From contig JAZJZE010000005.1 of NCBI GenBank assembly GCA_040390065.1, positions 64,001 through 128,000 of the forward strand: a DNA stretch of 64,000 bases, in the 5' to 3' direction. The position numbers and the translations under genes are program-made. Within the stretch, counting starts at the first letter, position 1, and the number at the start of each line of letters is the position of its first letter. This DNA is from a bacterium (lineage in GTDB: Archaea; Thermoplasmatota; E2; JACPAO01; JAHFTW01). The notes under the pieces were generated by a model. The model had not been told where the DNA came from and did no database searches. It was given only the letters and a program-made list of their open reading frames with translations. Shown in pieces: positions 45,951 to 55,221 of the stretch.

Positions 45951-48900
45951 CTACAGTGCGGGCTTCGCCGGCTTCCTCTTGACAATGACGACCGCGGCAA
46001 CGACCACGGCACCGGCCAGGAGGGCAGCGCCGCCCAGGATGACCCAAACCGGCATGCCTGGGGACGAGGCGAGCGTGGCGTCGCGGGAGTGGCTCTCAGT
46101 CGCCTTCACGTCTGTCGGGCGCTGGGCAAGCGTCGACGTTCCGCTGGCGTCCCGCATCTTGATGACGTAGGTCCCCGGGTTCGCGTAGACGTGCGTCGTG
46201 GGGCCGATGGCCTGCGCGGCAGGTGTCCCGTCGCCGAAGTCCCAGGTGTGGAGCGTGGTCGCGTCGTCAGGTACGACCGACACCGTGCCGTCGGAACCCG
46301 TGTCCATCGTGAAGTCGTTGCTCACCGGCAGGCCCGGGCTGTCGTTCTTGACGACGACGCTCTGCACATCCGTGGCCGAATCGGTGCCGTCGGTCACGGC
46401 GAGGAGGAAACGGTACGTTCCTGGCTCGTCGGCGACGAAGGTGGCTCGATCGGACATCGGGTCCGTGATGGAAACCGCGGGTCCTCCCAGTTGGGTCCAC
46501 GTGTAGGCGAGCGCGCCGCGGCCCCCGGACGATCCGGACCCGTCGAGGTGCGCGGTCGTGCCCAACGCAGCCGACGAGTCTGCTCCTGCGACGGCGGCCG
46601 GGCCCATGTAGCCGGTCTGCACGATGATGGTGACGCCATCGGCGACGTCGTGGCTGCCGTCGTGCATGGCGAACTCGAAGTACAAGGCCACGCGGCCGGA
46701 CTCCGGACTCGGCGCCGTGAACTTCGGCGTCCAGGTGCTAGGCGCATCCAGGTCGACGTGGGGGCCTGCTGTCTGGCGCCACTCGTAGGTGGGCGAGACG
46801 CCGCCCGTGGCAAAGCCGTGCAACGTGACGGTCGCACCACTTGCAACGGTCTGGTCGGTGCCGGCGTCGGCAGAACGGGGGCCGTCGATGGGCGGCAGGG
46901 GCTCGCCGTTGCCGTTGTTGCCACCGCCGTTGTCGGAGCCGCCGTTGTTTCCGTTGTTCGGGGGATTGGCAGGCCCAGTCGGGGATTGGACCGTGATGGT
47001 CTTGCAGGCAACGGATGTACTGGGGACGCCCCACTCGTCCTCGGCGGAGAGGCATGCCGTGTACGTGCCGACGACGCCGTAGGAGTGGACCGGAGTGCGG
47101 GCGTGGCTCTGGGCGCCGTCGCCAAAGGTCCACGTCCAGCCGGAGATCGTGCTGCCCTGGTCCGCGTCCGTCGAGGCATCGACGAACGTGACGGGCTCAC
47201 CGACGCGAACGGTCGTCGGGCTTGCCGTGAAGCGCGACGTGGGTGGCGCGTCGGGCTTGACGAGGATGGTCACCATGGCACACGTTGCGCTGAACGCCGT
47301 CGCGTCCTTGGCGCGGTACGTGAACGTCGTCGTGTACTGGGCAGAACCGACGGGGTGGTAGACGAAGTGGCCGTTTGCGCCCATCGTCACGGACCCCACG
47401 GTCGCACTTGCTGGCGAGCAGGGGCCAAGGAGGACAGCCTGCAGGTTCTGGGCCGTGTAGACCTCGTCGACGTCGTTGTCGTTGCCCACAAGCGGCGCGT
47501 AGCCGCGGGCTAGCGTGTCCATGTCGTGTCCGAGGACGCCGACGTAGAAGTTGTCGTCGTTGGCCGTGGGGGCGTCGTTGACGCATGTGATGGTGATGGG
47601 GACGGTGAACTCGTCCGTCAGGCCGGCTGCGTCCTTGACGCGGAAGCGCAGCGAGTCGCTGCCGCAGTAGTTGGCCGCCGACGTGAAGGTGGCCGTGGGC
47701 GACGACTGGTACGAGTTGCAGGTCGACATGGGGAACGAGCCGTGCGCCGGCGCCGTGACGACGCAGTAGGTGAGCGTGTCGCCGTACGTCGTGTCCACGT
47801 CGCTTGCAAGCATCGTCAGGCTGGGCGTTGCGTCCTCGGCCATCGTGACGGTCTGCGTGGTGTCCGCGACCGGGCCGTCGTTGAGGCAGGTCACGGTCAT
47901 CTTGACTTGCACCGTGTTGATCGTCGCGGCGCCGTCGTGCATGGCGTACGTCCAGATGTCCGGCAAGCCACTGGCGGAGTTGCAGTAGTTGGCGGTCGGA
48001 GTGTAGCCAAACGCGCCTGTCGATGTCAGTGCCGTGCTAAGCGATCCGCTGGTCGGGCCGGTGCCGAGCACCGACGTGACCGCGTGGTTCACGCCATCGA
48101 CGTCGTTGCAGATGACGCCGGCGTAGGGACCACCCGTCGCGGACGGCGTGTTTGCCGCGCAGGCCGCGGACGAGAAGACGCTGTCCTCATTGACGGTGAA
48201 GGCGTCGGCGACTGCGTGCGGGTCGGGGTAGAGGACGTCGATGCAGACGTTCGCGCTCGCCGTGAGGCTACCATCGGACATCGTGTAGCCGAAGGCATCG
48301 GGGCCGCTGTACGAGGTCGTCGGCTTGTACTGCAGGCTCGTGTACGCGCCGGCCGGGCCAACGCCCTGCACCGTGCCGTGCACCGGAGCCGTGAAGGACG
48401 AGATTCTGAGCGTGCCGGGCGGGCTGTCCTTGCTGTCGTCATCGTTGGCCAGGACGTCGAACGTGTTGCCCGAATCCGTGAAGAGCGAATCCTGCAGGAC
48501 CTGGTAGCACGTCGTCGGGTACCCGGCCGGGTCGTTGCTGGCCGTCGGCGCGTCATTGACGCAAGTGATTGAGATGGTGGCCGTGACGGTGTTGCTGTAC
48601 GTCGGTGGCGTCATGCCCGTCGGGCTGTTGTCGTCGAGGAGCTTGTACGTGAACGAGTCGACGCTCGCACCGCAGACGTTGGCCTTCGGGGTGTACGAGA
48701 ACGAACCATCCGCGTTCAGCGTCACGGAGGCGCCGGACATGGGCCCCGTCACGAGCGTGGCGTCGTCCTTGCCAAGGTGCGTCGGACTCGGCGCAGGCAT
48801 CTGGAGGTCGTCCACGTCCTTCTCGCCGGCGCTGCACTTGACGCCGAAGGGGCCGCCGCCGCTGCAGGATGCCGCAACGCTCAGGGTCGTGTCTTCGGTG

Positions 48901-50120
48901 GCCGTGTACGAATCGGCGGTCGCGACGGGTAGGTCGGCGCGGCAGGTGACTTGCAGGTAGATGTTCTTGGCCGAACTGTACTGGTTGGCGTCCTTGACCT
49001 CGAAGGTGAAGGTGTCGTCGTTGGCCGTACTGAAGGTGGGGCCGTTGCAGTAGTCGCTGTCCGGCTTGTACGCCACTGCGGCCGAGGTTGCGGTGGTGGT
49101 GCAGTCGCTCGTTGGCTTCGTCATGAGAGTCCCATGCGTCGGCAGGCTGGCGATGCAGTAGGTGATGGCGTCGCCGTCGGAATCGGTGCCGGCGAGGGTG
49201 AGGCTGAAGTAGGGCGATACGCAGCCGCTGACGGAGGTTCCCGTGCTGCAGTCCTCGTCGAGCGTGTACGTCGCCTGCGTCGCGTCGGGGGCCTGGTTGC
49301 GATAAAACAGGATCGAGCGGCCCGACATGGCGATGGCCGAGCCGTCGGCGTTTGCCTGGAAGAAATACTGCAGACCGTGGTCATCCGCCGTGTTGGAGCC
49401 GACGCTTGCATCCGCGCCAGTCTCCTCGATGCCGATGAGGGAACCCTCGTCGGTTGAGTCGGTGTCCGGCGTCCAGGATGCGGAGTTGAGGACGACCAGG
49501 ATGTTGTTCGAGGTCTGTTGGAGTCGCAGCTGGAAAGTCGCAAGCGGCGTGCTGCATGCAAGACCGTCGTAATATCCGATGCCGGCCCATTGGATGACGA
49601 ATTCCTGGTTGGGCGACGTCCCCACCGTGCCGTATGTCACGGTGCCGCCGCAGGTCAGGTCGAGGTCGACGAAAAGCGGGGCGATGTAGACGTTCGGCTT
49701 CGTCGTGGACGTGTCGGGGATGGACTTCGGCTGGTAGGAATTGCCGCCGCTTGCGGGCGTGTCGGCCGCCGTCTGGGACAGCACGACCCAACCGTTCTCG
49801 CCGACTTGCACGTTGTTGCCCGCGGCGTAATTGACCCCGTAATAGTTGAAGGCGAACGGAAGAGGCACGGCGGCATGGCCGTCGCCGGAAACGGCCGCGG
49901 AGATATCGGTCCCCCCGGTGAGGGCTGTCCAACTGTGGCTTAACCCGCCGCCCACGCTGTCCTTGAAGCGGTAGCCGCCGACATCCGGCCCCCCCGTAGC
50001 GGCCGGCGGCGCGCCGGCATCCGCGTGGTGCGGCAGCAGGATGACCAGCGCCATGGCCGCGAGGCCGATTGCCGCGACCGCAAAGAACAGACGTTCATGG
50101 CTCGCGCGGCCACTTCGCAT
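45951..50120 (-). CDS. Large surface protein A3 (GGPD/NIDO-like head, Ig-like repeats, PKD, TM)
   Basis: Signal peptide; GGPDVGGYRFKDS; about 7 Ig-like repeats; WTFGDG and WDFGDG; TM followed by KRK. Confidence 0.88.
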   Translation of the reverse strand: MRSGRASHERLFFAVAAIGLAAMALVILLPHHADAGAPPAATGGPDVGGYRFKDSVGGGLSHSWTALTGGTDISAAVSGDGHAAVPLPFAFNYYGVNYAAGNNVQVGENGWVVLSQTAADTPASGGNSYQPKSIPDTSTTKPNVYIAPLFVDLDLTCGGTVTYGTVGTSPNQEFVIQWAGIGYYDGLACSTPLATFQLRLQQTSNNILVVLNSASWTPDTDSTDEGSLIGIEETGADASVGSNTADDHGLQYFFQANADGSAIAMSGRSILFYRNQAPDATQATYTLDEDCSTGTSVSGCVSPYFSLTLAGTDSDGDAITYCIASLPTHGTLMTKPTSDCTTTATSAAVAYKPDSDYCNGPTFSTANDDTFTFEVKDANQYSSAKNIYLQVTCRADLPVATADSYTATEDTTLSVAASCSGGGPFGVKCSAGEKDVDDLQMPAPSPTHLGKDDATLVTGPMSGASVTLNADGSFSYTPKANVCGASVDSFTYKLLDDNSPTGMTPPTYSNTVTATISITCVNDAPTASNDPAGYPTTCYQVLQDSLFTDSGNTFDVLANDDDSKDSPPGTLRISSFTAPVHGTVQGVGPAGAYTSLQYKPTTSYSGPDAFGYTMSDGSLTASANVCIDVLYPDPHAVADAFTVNEDSVFSSAACAANTPSATGGPYAGVICNDVDGVNHAVTSVLGTGPTSGSLSTALTSTGAFGYTPTANYCNSASGLPDIWTYAMHDGAATINTVQVKMTVTCLNDGPVADTTQTVTMAEDATPSLTMLASDVDTTYGDTLTYCVVTAPAHGSFPMSTCNSYQSSPTATFTSAANYCGSDSLRFRVKDAAGLTDEFTVPITITCVNDAPTANDDNFYVGVLGHDMDTLARGYAPLVGNDNDVDEVYTAQNLQAVLLGPCSPASATVGSVTMGANGHFVYHPVGSAQYTTTFTYRAKDATAFSATCAMVTILVKPDAPPTSRFTASPTTVRVGEPVTFVDASTDADQGSTISGWTWTFGDGAQSHARTPVHSYGVVGTYTACLSAEDEWGVPSTSVACKTITVQSPTGPANPPNNGNNGGSDNGGGNNGNGEPLPPIDGPRSADAGTDQTVASGATVTLHGFATGGVSPTYEWRQTAGPHVDLDAPSTWTPKFTAPSPESGRVALYFEFAMHDGSHDVADGVTIIVQTGYMGPAAVAGADSSAALGTTAHLDGSGSSGGRGALAYTWTQLGGPAVSITDPMSDRATFVADEPGTYRFLLAVTDGTDSATDVQSVVVKNDSPGLPVSNDFTMDTGSDGTVSVVPDDATTLHTWDFGDGTPAAQAIGPTTHVYANPGTYVIKMRDASGTSTLAQRPTDVKATESHSRDATLASSPGMPVWVILGGAALLAGAVVVAAVVIVKRKPAKPAL

Positions 50121-50231
50121 GGGACAACCTACCACCATTCGCACCAGAGGAGGGACTTTTTTCCTCCCACTTGAACTTTCCGGCCGTTCCCTCGTGTGGC
50201 CAGCACTGACCTCCCAGCGCGGCGGCGTCCG

Positions 50232-53200
50232 TTATTTCTTGCGGCGCTTGACGTAGAACGCCAGGCCGACCACGGCCGCCGTAAGGAGCACGCCGCCCGC
50301 CACCAGGCCCCAGGCGATGGCTACCGGAGCGGAGGCGGTCGTCTGGACCTCCGGGCGCGACGCTCCGTCGTCGCCGCTTGGCACCTTCACGGGGACGCCT
50401 TGCTGGAATTCGCGCACCGTGCCTGATGCATCGCTGGCCGTCAGCCGGATGGTGTACGAGCCCGACTTGGCGTAGGTATGCGTGGCGGGGCCGTCCGATG
50501 CGACGGGCGCCGACAGGTCCCCGAAGTCCCACACGAAGGTCGTCCCCGGTGCTGCGGGCGTGACCGTGACGGTTCCGTCGCCCGCCACTTGCGCGGAGAA
50601 GCCGGGACCCTCGAAGACCTGGGCCACGACCGCGACGGGGACGGAATCGACGCTGGAGGCCCGCCCGTCGGACGCCTCGACGGCGAAGACGAGGGTCTGG
50701 CCGAGTGCGCCACTTGGCACGGTGAATGTGGGCTTGGCTGTTTCCGCACTGGCCAACAGGACCGCCGGTCCGGAGGCTTGCGTCCACTTGAACGTCAGCG
50801 AGTCGCCGTCCGGATCCGTCGAGGCGAGCGCGTCCAACGTCACGAGGTCGCCCTCATGGACCATCTGGCGGGGACCGACCACGAGAGTCGGCGGGTGGTT
50901 GCCGGCCAGCACGGTCACCGCAACGGAGTCTGGCAACGATTCCTGGGTGCCGTCGCCCACGACCAGTTGGAAGACGAGGACGGCCGACTTGCCCGCGGCA
51001 AGAGTTGGAGCCTGGAACGATGCACTCGGCTTGTCGCCGTCCTGCAGTGTCACGGCCGGGCCCGCCACCTGGTGCCACGTCCACGTGGTGGGACTTCCGC
51101 CGCTTGCCGTTCCCGACAGCACGGCCTTGCCGTTCTCGCCCACCTGCTGGTCCTCGCCTGCGTTGGCGACCAGCGGCGTCGTTCCCGGCCCGGGGTCCGG
51201 CGTCACCGGGTTGTTGCCGTTCTGGTCGACGGGCACCTGCGGCATGCTCACCAGAATGGAGATCGTCTTGACCCAGTAATCGCCGTGGGGGTCGTAGCAG
51301 ATGAACGTCACGGCGAAGGTGCCCGGCGCGGCGAACGTGTGCACCGGGTTTGCGCCGATGGTGCTGTAGCCATCGCCGAAGTCCCACGTGGAGAGAAGGG
51401 TCGTGTCGGCCGGGTCTGCGTCGCTGCACGTGGAGCCGAACGACAGCTGGGAGCCGACCTCCGCCTGCAGCGAACTCGCGCTCATGGTGCCAATCGGCGG
51501 GCTGTTGGGCAGGATGACGATGGTGACGGTGGCCACGGCCTTGGCGCCGCTTGTGTCCTGTGCGTAGTACGTGAACGTCTGGGCGCCCGTGTAGGCTGGA
51601 GCGAAGATGACGTCGCCCGGTGTCACGAAGCTGCAGTTGTTGAGCACGAGGTCGAGGTACAGCGGGTCGCCGGCATTGTACGTGCCGGAGTTGTCCTTGT
51701 CGACGTAGCAGTACTTCGTTGCCACGGCGTGCGTCGCGGCGCCGAGGTCTGGGTCGCTGGAGGCCATGATGCGGCCACCGGGAAGCGGGCCGCCTGCCGA
51801 CATGCGGATGTCGTTGGACGATAGGCTGGCTGGGCCGCATGCCTGCACTTGCAAGTAGATGGGCTCGTTGGCATCCGGCGTGCCGTCGTGGTCGCTGTCG
51901 GCGTAGCATGTCGCCGTGTGGGCCGTAGGCGCAAGGGCGAACCCGGCATCCGGATCCGCCGCGGCGACCACGGTGCTTGCCGCCAACGCGCCGAAGGGCG
52001 TCAGCCGCAGGTCGCGGACGGAGACCAGGTTGTTGCTGTCCAAGTCGAGGTAGGCGGTGTCTGGCGCCGTGAACGTCGGGCCGAACCCGTCGAACGAGCC
52101 GTCCTGGTTGTAGAACTTCTCGCCGCCGATGGAACTGACACTCGTCGGCGCGAACATCTTGAGCGGCTTGTTCAGATTGGGGCTCAGGTCGTTGACGCGC
52201 GCGTCGGCGACACCGGGCGGCGGCGAATAGTGGAACGACCCGTCCGAATTGAGGTACCAAAGGTTACCCAGGGCGGGCGGCGTTGCGATCAAGGCCGCGA
52301 GCGCCTCACCATCGACCTCCACGTCGGGTGTCGCCGGATTGGGGTTGCCTTGCAGCACCGTGAACGTCTGGACCTGGCCCGGCGGGAATGCGACGGCGGG
52401 CGCCGGCGCGAACAGTTCGTGGCCTTGGTAGATGGTGTACGTGTCCGCCACCGGGCGCGGGTCGTCCGGCACGGCTGAGATCTTGATGACGAAGCACAGC
52501 GGCGCCGTCGGGGGCATCGGGTTCTGGTCGCGGCCGCCAAGCGCCGTCCCGCCGTTGTCCATGAGACGGAAGCAGACGGAATCGGAGCCGTTGGCATCGG
52601 GCTTCGTGGAATACTTCAGGGTGAGCACCTGGCTGCCGATGGCGCCACTCATCTCCAGCGCGGGCCCAAGGGTTGCCGGGCATGCCGCCGCAACCATGCC
52701 GAAGTCGTAGTTGGCCGGGCAGGGCACGACCGACGTGAAGAGGCCGGTGTTGCTCTGCGAGACGATGACTGCGCGCACGGTCTGCGACGCCAACTCGTCG
52801 GCGCCGCCGGCGGGAGAAATGCCGGTCATGAAGTTCGTGACGACCTGGTTGAAGACCGGCGGCGTCGACGGGCCGACGACGCCATTGTCTTCGTTGATGA
52901 GGTCGCCGAACGCCTTCCATCCGGAGTTGAAGATGGGTTGGTCGTTGATGGCAAGGACACGGATGCGCACGCTGGCGACATTGCTGAATTCGGAACCCGG
53001 CGGCATGGTCGGGCAGTACATCTGGTACGACAGGCTGTCGTCGCCGGCCCAGTCGGGAAGCGGCGTGTAGGCGAAGTTGCCGCCCGGCGTGTTCCATGCG
53101 AACGAGGCGGCGCCCGCGGGGCCCGAGCCCGAGATGACGCGGAACTCGAGGCCACCCGAGCAGGCCGAGGCGTCGTCGTTGGCGGCCGGCGCCGCAGCAT

Positions 53201-55124
53201 CTTGCGCGACGAGGGGCCCGCCGTCTTCGTCGACCGAGTAGGAGTCCGAGTGGGCGGTGAAGCCCGCGACGCCCGAGATCAAGTTGAGGTTCACCTTGGA
53301 GACGACGCTGGCCGGCTGGTAGTCGGTGCCGTCGTACATGCAGAAGCGGAACGAGTCCGCACCGACGAACGGGTCTGCCTGGTAGTTGAACGAGCCGTTG
53401 GGGTGGATGCCGGGCTTCGTGATGGCATCGACGTCGACGAACGTGACGGTGCCGTGCTGGGGCAGCCACGTGGCGTCGTAGCCGGGGCAGGCCAGCATCG
53501 CCGCCGTGAGCGTCGGCACGGGCGCCCCGTCCGCCATGGCCGCAGTGCAGCTCGGCGTGCCGGAGGGCGGTGCCGTCGAGCAGCCCCACGTGTTGCGTTG
53601 CGGCGGTGCTTCGGGGTCGGTTGGCGCGTTGAGCGCCGCCGCCGGGAACTCGACGTCGACGCCTTGCGACGGTGTCACGTAGCGCGAATCCCCGGACAAG
53701 ACGGTGTAGCTGTGGTCGTAGCCGGTGGGCGCGTCGTTGATGGGGCGCGTGGGGTTCATGGTCACCGTGGCAGGGCCGGCGGTGCCGCCGTCGCTGGCGT
53801 GCTTGACCTTGAACTGGTAGGAATCGACGGGAGAGGTGTTGAAATTCAGGAACGGCGTGTACTGGAAGCCGGCGGGAAGCACAGCGTACGTGCCGGAGCT
53901 GCAGGCGGGAAGGCCTGCCGTAAGAGTGCCGCGCGTGGGCGACGTCTGGATGCAGTACGAGGACGGGGCCGCATCCCCGTAGTCGGGGTCGTTGCCGTAC
54001 CAGTCGGGGCGCGTGGCGCTGCAGTCGTACGCCACGGGCGCCGGGGTCGCCGGGGCGCAATCCTCGTTGATGGGCACCGAACCCGAGAAGGCGAGGACGC
54101 TGTGGTTGGGGTAGTAGCGCACCGCGCGGTCGACGAGGTTGCCGGACGGCGCCGCGCAGGCACCGGCGACGGTGGGCGAACAATAGTTGAGGCCGACGGT
54201 GCCGGCGCTGTTCTCGATGCCGAGGCTGTACGCTTGGCCGTTCGTGTCGACGGACTTGTAGATGACGTCGACGGTGCTGCGCTCGAGCCAGATCTTGAAC
54301 TCGAACGTCGCGTAGTGGTTCGGGTTCGGCGAGGCCAGGCAGCCGGCGTCGTTGCTGTTGACGAGGACGCGGTCGAATTCGATGACTGCGTAGCGGTTGG
54401 GGCTCGAGCCGAACAGGTTGGACACCCAGACGTGCTGCGCGTCGGTGGTCGGGCCGGCCGGGTAGTCCCAGCACAGGCCCGTCGTGATGGTGGCAGGCGT
54501 GATGACCTTGAGGTTGGTCCAGAAACCCGCGACGATCTCTTCGGGGTGAGCCGTGGCCGACGAGCTGCAGCCCGACGCCGACGTCCCCGTCGGCATCTGC
54601 ACCGGATTGCGCGTCGCCGTGCCGCAGTACGCGCCGTACGGGTTGAAGTCGATGAAGCCGTTCTCGTTGACGTACCAGTTCTGCGGATACCAGCCGCTGC
54701 CGTAGAAATTGAAGGAGTACGAGCAGCAACTGATCAGGCAGCCCCCGCTGGAGGCCTGCCCCGTGCTGTCACCTGTGGCCGGAATCTTGCAGCCGGCGCC
54801 GGCGATCTCATCCCAACCCACGGGGCAGCCGCGGGCAGGTGACGTCGGAGCTCCCGGCACGGGTAGGCCAGGGCCGATGATGCTCGGCGCCTTGCATCCC
54901 GGCGCCGTCGAGTCGACCCACCGGTAGCGCTGGGCGGAGGGCGTCGGCGTGCCGGCGGCGTTGACCTCGCACGACGGCGGGCTTCCCGATTGCGTACACA
55001 CGGCCGTCGGAGGCAAGGCCTGCGCGGACGGCGCGAAAACCAAGGCAGCAGGAATCGACAAAGCGAGGGTCAGTAGGACGAGTAGGATACGACGGGCCAG
55101 CACTGGGCCACCACCGCCCATCAA
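50232..55124 (-). CDS. Large surface protein A4 (Cys-rich NIDO-like head, Ig-like repeats, DxDxDG insert, PKD, TM)
   Basis: 1630 aa; TTG start in the same context as A5; TM followed by KRRKK. Confidence 0.88.
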   Translation of the reverse strand: MMGGGGPVLARRILLVLLTLALSIPAALVFAPSAQALPPTAVCTQSGSPPSCEVNAAGTPTPSAQRYRWVDSTAPGCKAPSIIGPGLPVPGAPTSPARGCPVGWDEIAGAGCKIPATGDSTGQASSGGCLISCCSYSFNFYGSGWYPQNWYVNENGFIDFNPYGAYCGTATRNPVQMPTGTSASGCSSSATAHPEEIVAGFWTNLKVITPATITTGLCWDYPAGPTTDAQHVWVSNLFGSSPNRYAVIEFDRVLVNSNDAGCLASPNPNHYATFEFKIWLERSTVDVIYKSVDTNGQAYSLGIENSAGTVGLNYCSPTVAGACAAPSGNLVDRAVRYYPNHSVLAFSGSVPINEDCAPATPAPVAYDCSATRPDWYGNDPDYGDAAPSSYCIQTSPTRGTLTAGLPACSSGTYAVLPAGFQYTPFLNFNTSPVDSYQFKVKHASDGGTAGPATVTMNPTRPINDAPTGYDHSYTVLSGDSRYVTPSQGVDVEFPAAALNAPTDPEAPPQRNTWGCSTAPPSGTPSCTAAMADGAPVPTLTAAMLACPGYDATWLPQHGTVTFVDVDAITKPGIHPNGSFNYQADPFVGADSFRFCMYDGTDYQPASVVSKVNLNLISGVAGFTAHSDSYSVDEDGGPLVAQDAAAPAANDDASACSGGLEFRVISGSGPAGAASFAWNTPGGNFAYTPLPDWAGDDSLSYQMYCPTMPPGSEFSNVASVRIRVLAINDQPIFNSGWKAFGDLINEDNGVVGPSTPPVFNQVVTNFMTGISPAGGADELASQTVRAVIVSQSNTGLFTSVVPCPANYDFGMVAAACPATLGPALEMSGAIGSQVLTLKYSTKPDANGSDSVCFRLMDNGGTALGGRDQNPMPPTAPLCFVIKISAVPDDPRPVADTYTIYQGHELFAPAPAVAFPPGQVQTFTVLQGNPNPATPDVEVDGEALAALIATPPALGNLWYLNSDGSFHYSPPPGVADARVNDLSPNLNKPLKMFAPTSVSSIGGEKFYNQDGSFDGFGPTFTAPDTAYLDLDSNNLVSVRDLRLTPFGALAASTVVAAADPDAGFALAPTAHTATCYADSDHDGTPDANEPIYLQVQACGPASLSSNDIRMSAGGPLPGGRIMASSDPDLGAATHAVATKYCYVDKDNSGTYNAGDPLYLDLVLNNCSFVTPGDVIFAPAYTGAQTFTYYAQDTSGAKAVATVTIVILPNSPPIGTMSASSLQAEVGSQLSFGSTCSDADPADTTLLSTWDFGDGYSTIGANPVHTFAAPGTFAVTFICYDPHGDYWVKTISILVSMPQVPVDQNGNNPVTPDPGPGTTPLVANAGEDQQVGENGKAVLSGTASGGSPTTWTWHQVAGPAVTLQDGDKPSASFQAPTLAAGKSAVLVFQLVVGDGTQESLPDSVAVTVLAGNHPPTLVVGPRQMVHEGDLVTLDALASTDPDGDSLTFKWTQASGPAVLLASAETAKPTFTVPSGALGQTLVFAVEASDGRASSVDSVPVAVVAQVFEGPGFSAQVAGDGTVTVTPAAPGTTFVWDFGDLSAPVASDGPATHTYAKSGSYTIRLTASDASGTVREFQQGVPVKVPSGDDGASRPEVQTTASAPVAIAWGLVAGGVLLTAAVVGLAFYVKRRKK

Positions 55125-55221
55125 GGGCGTCCCAAACTTCCCTTACAAGTAGTAAAGTTTTCCGGCCACGACACTGCGTCGTGATTCATCCGTCTCGGCA
55201 GTGGTTTTCCAGATGTGTGGG

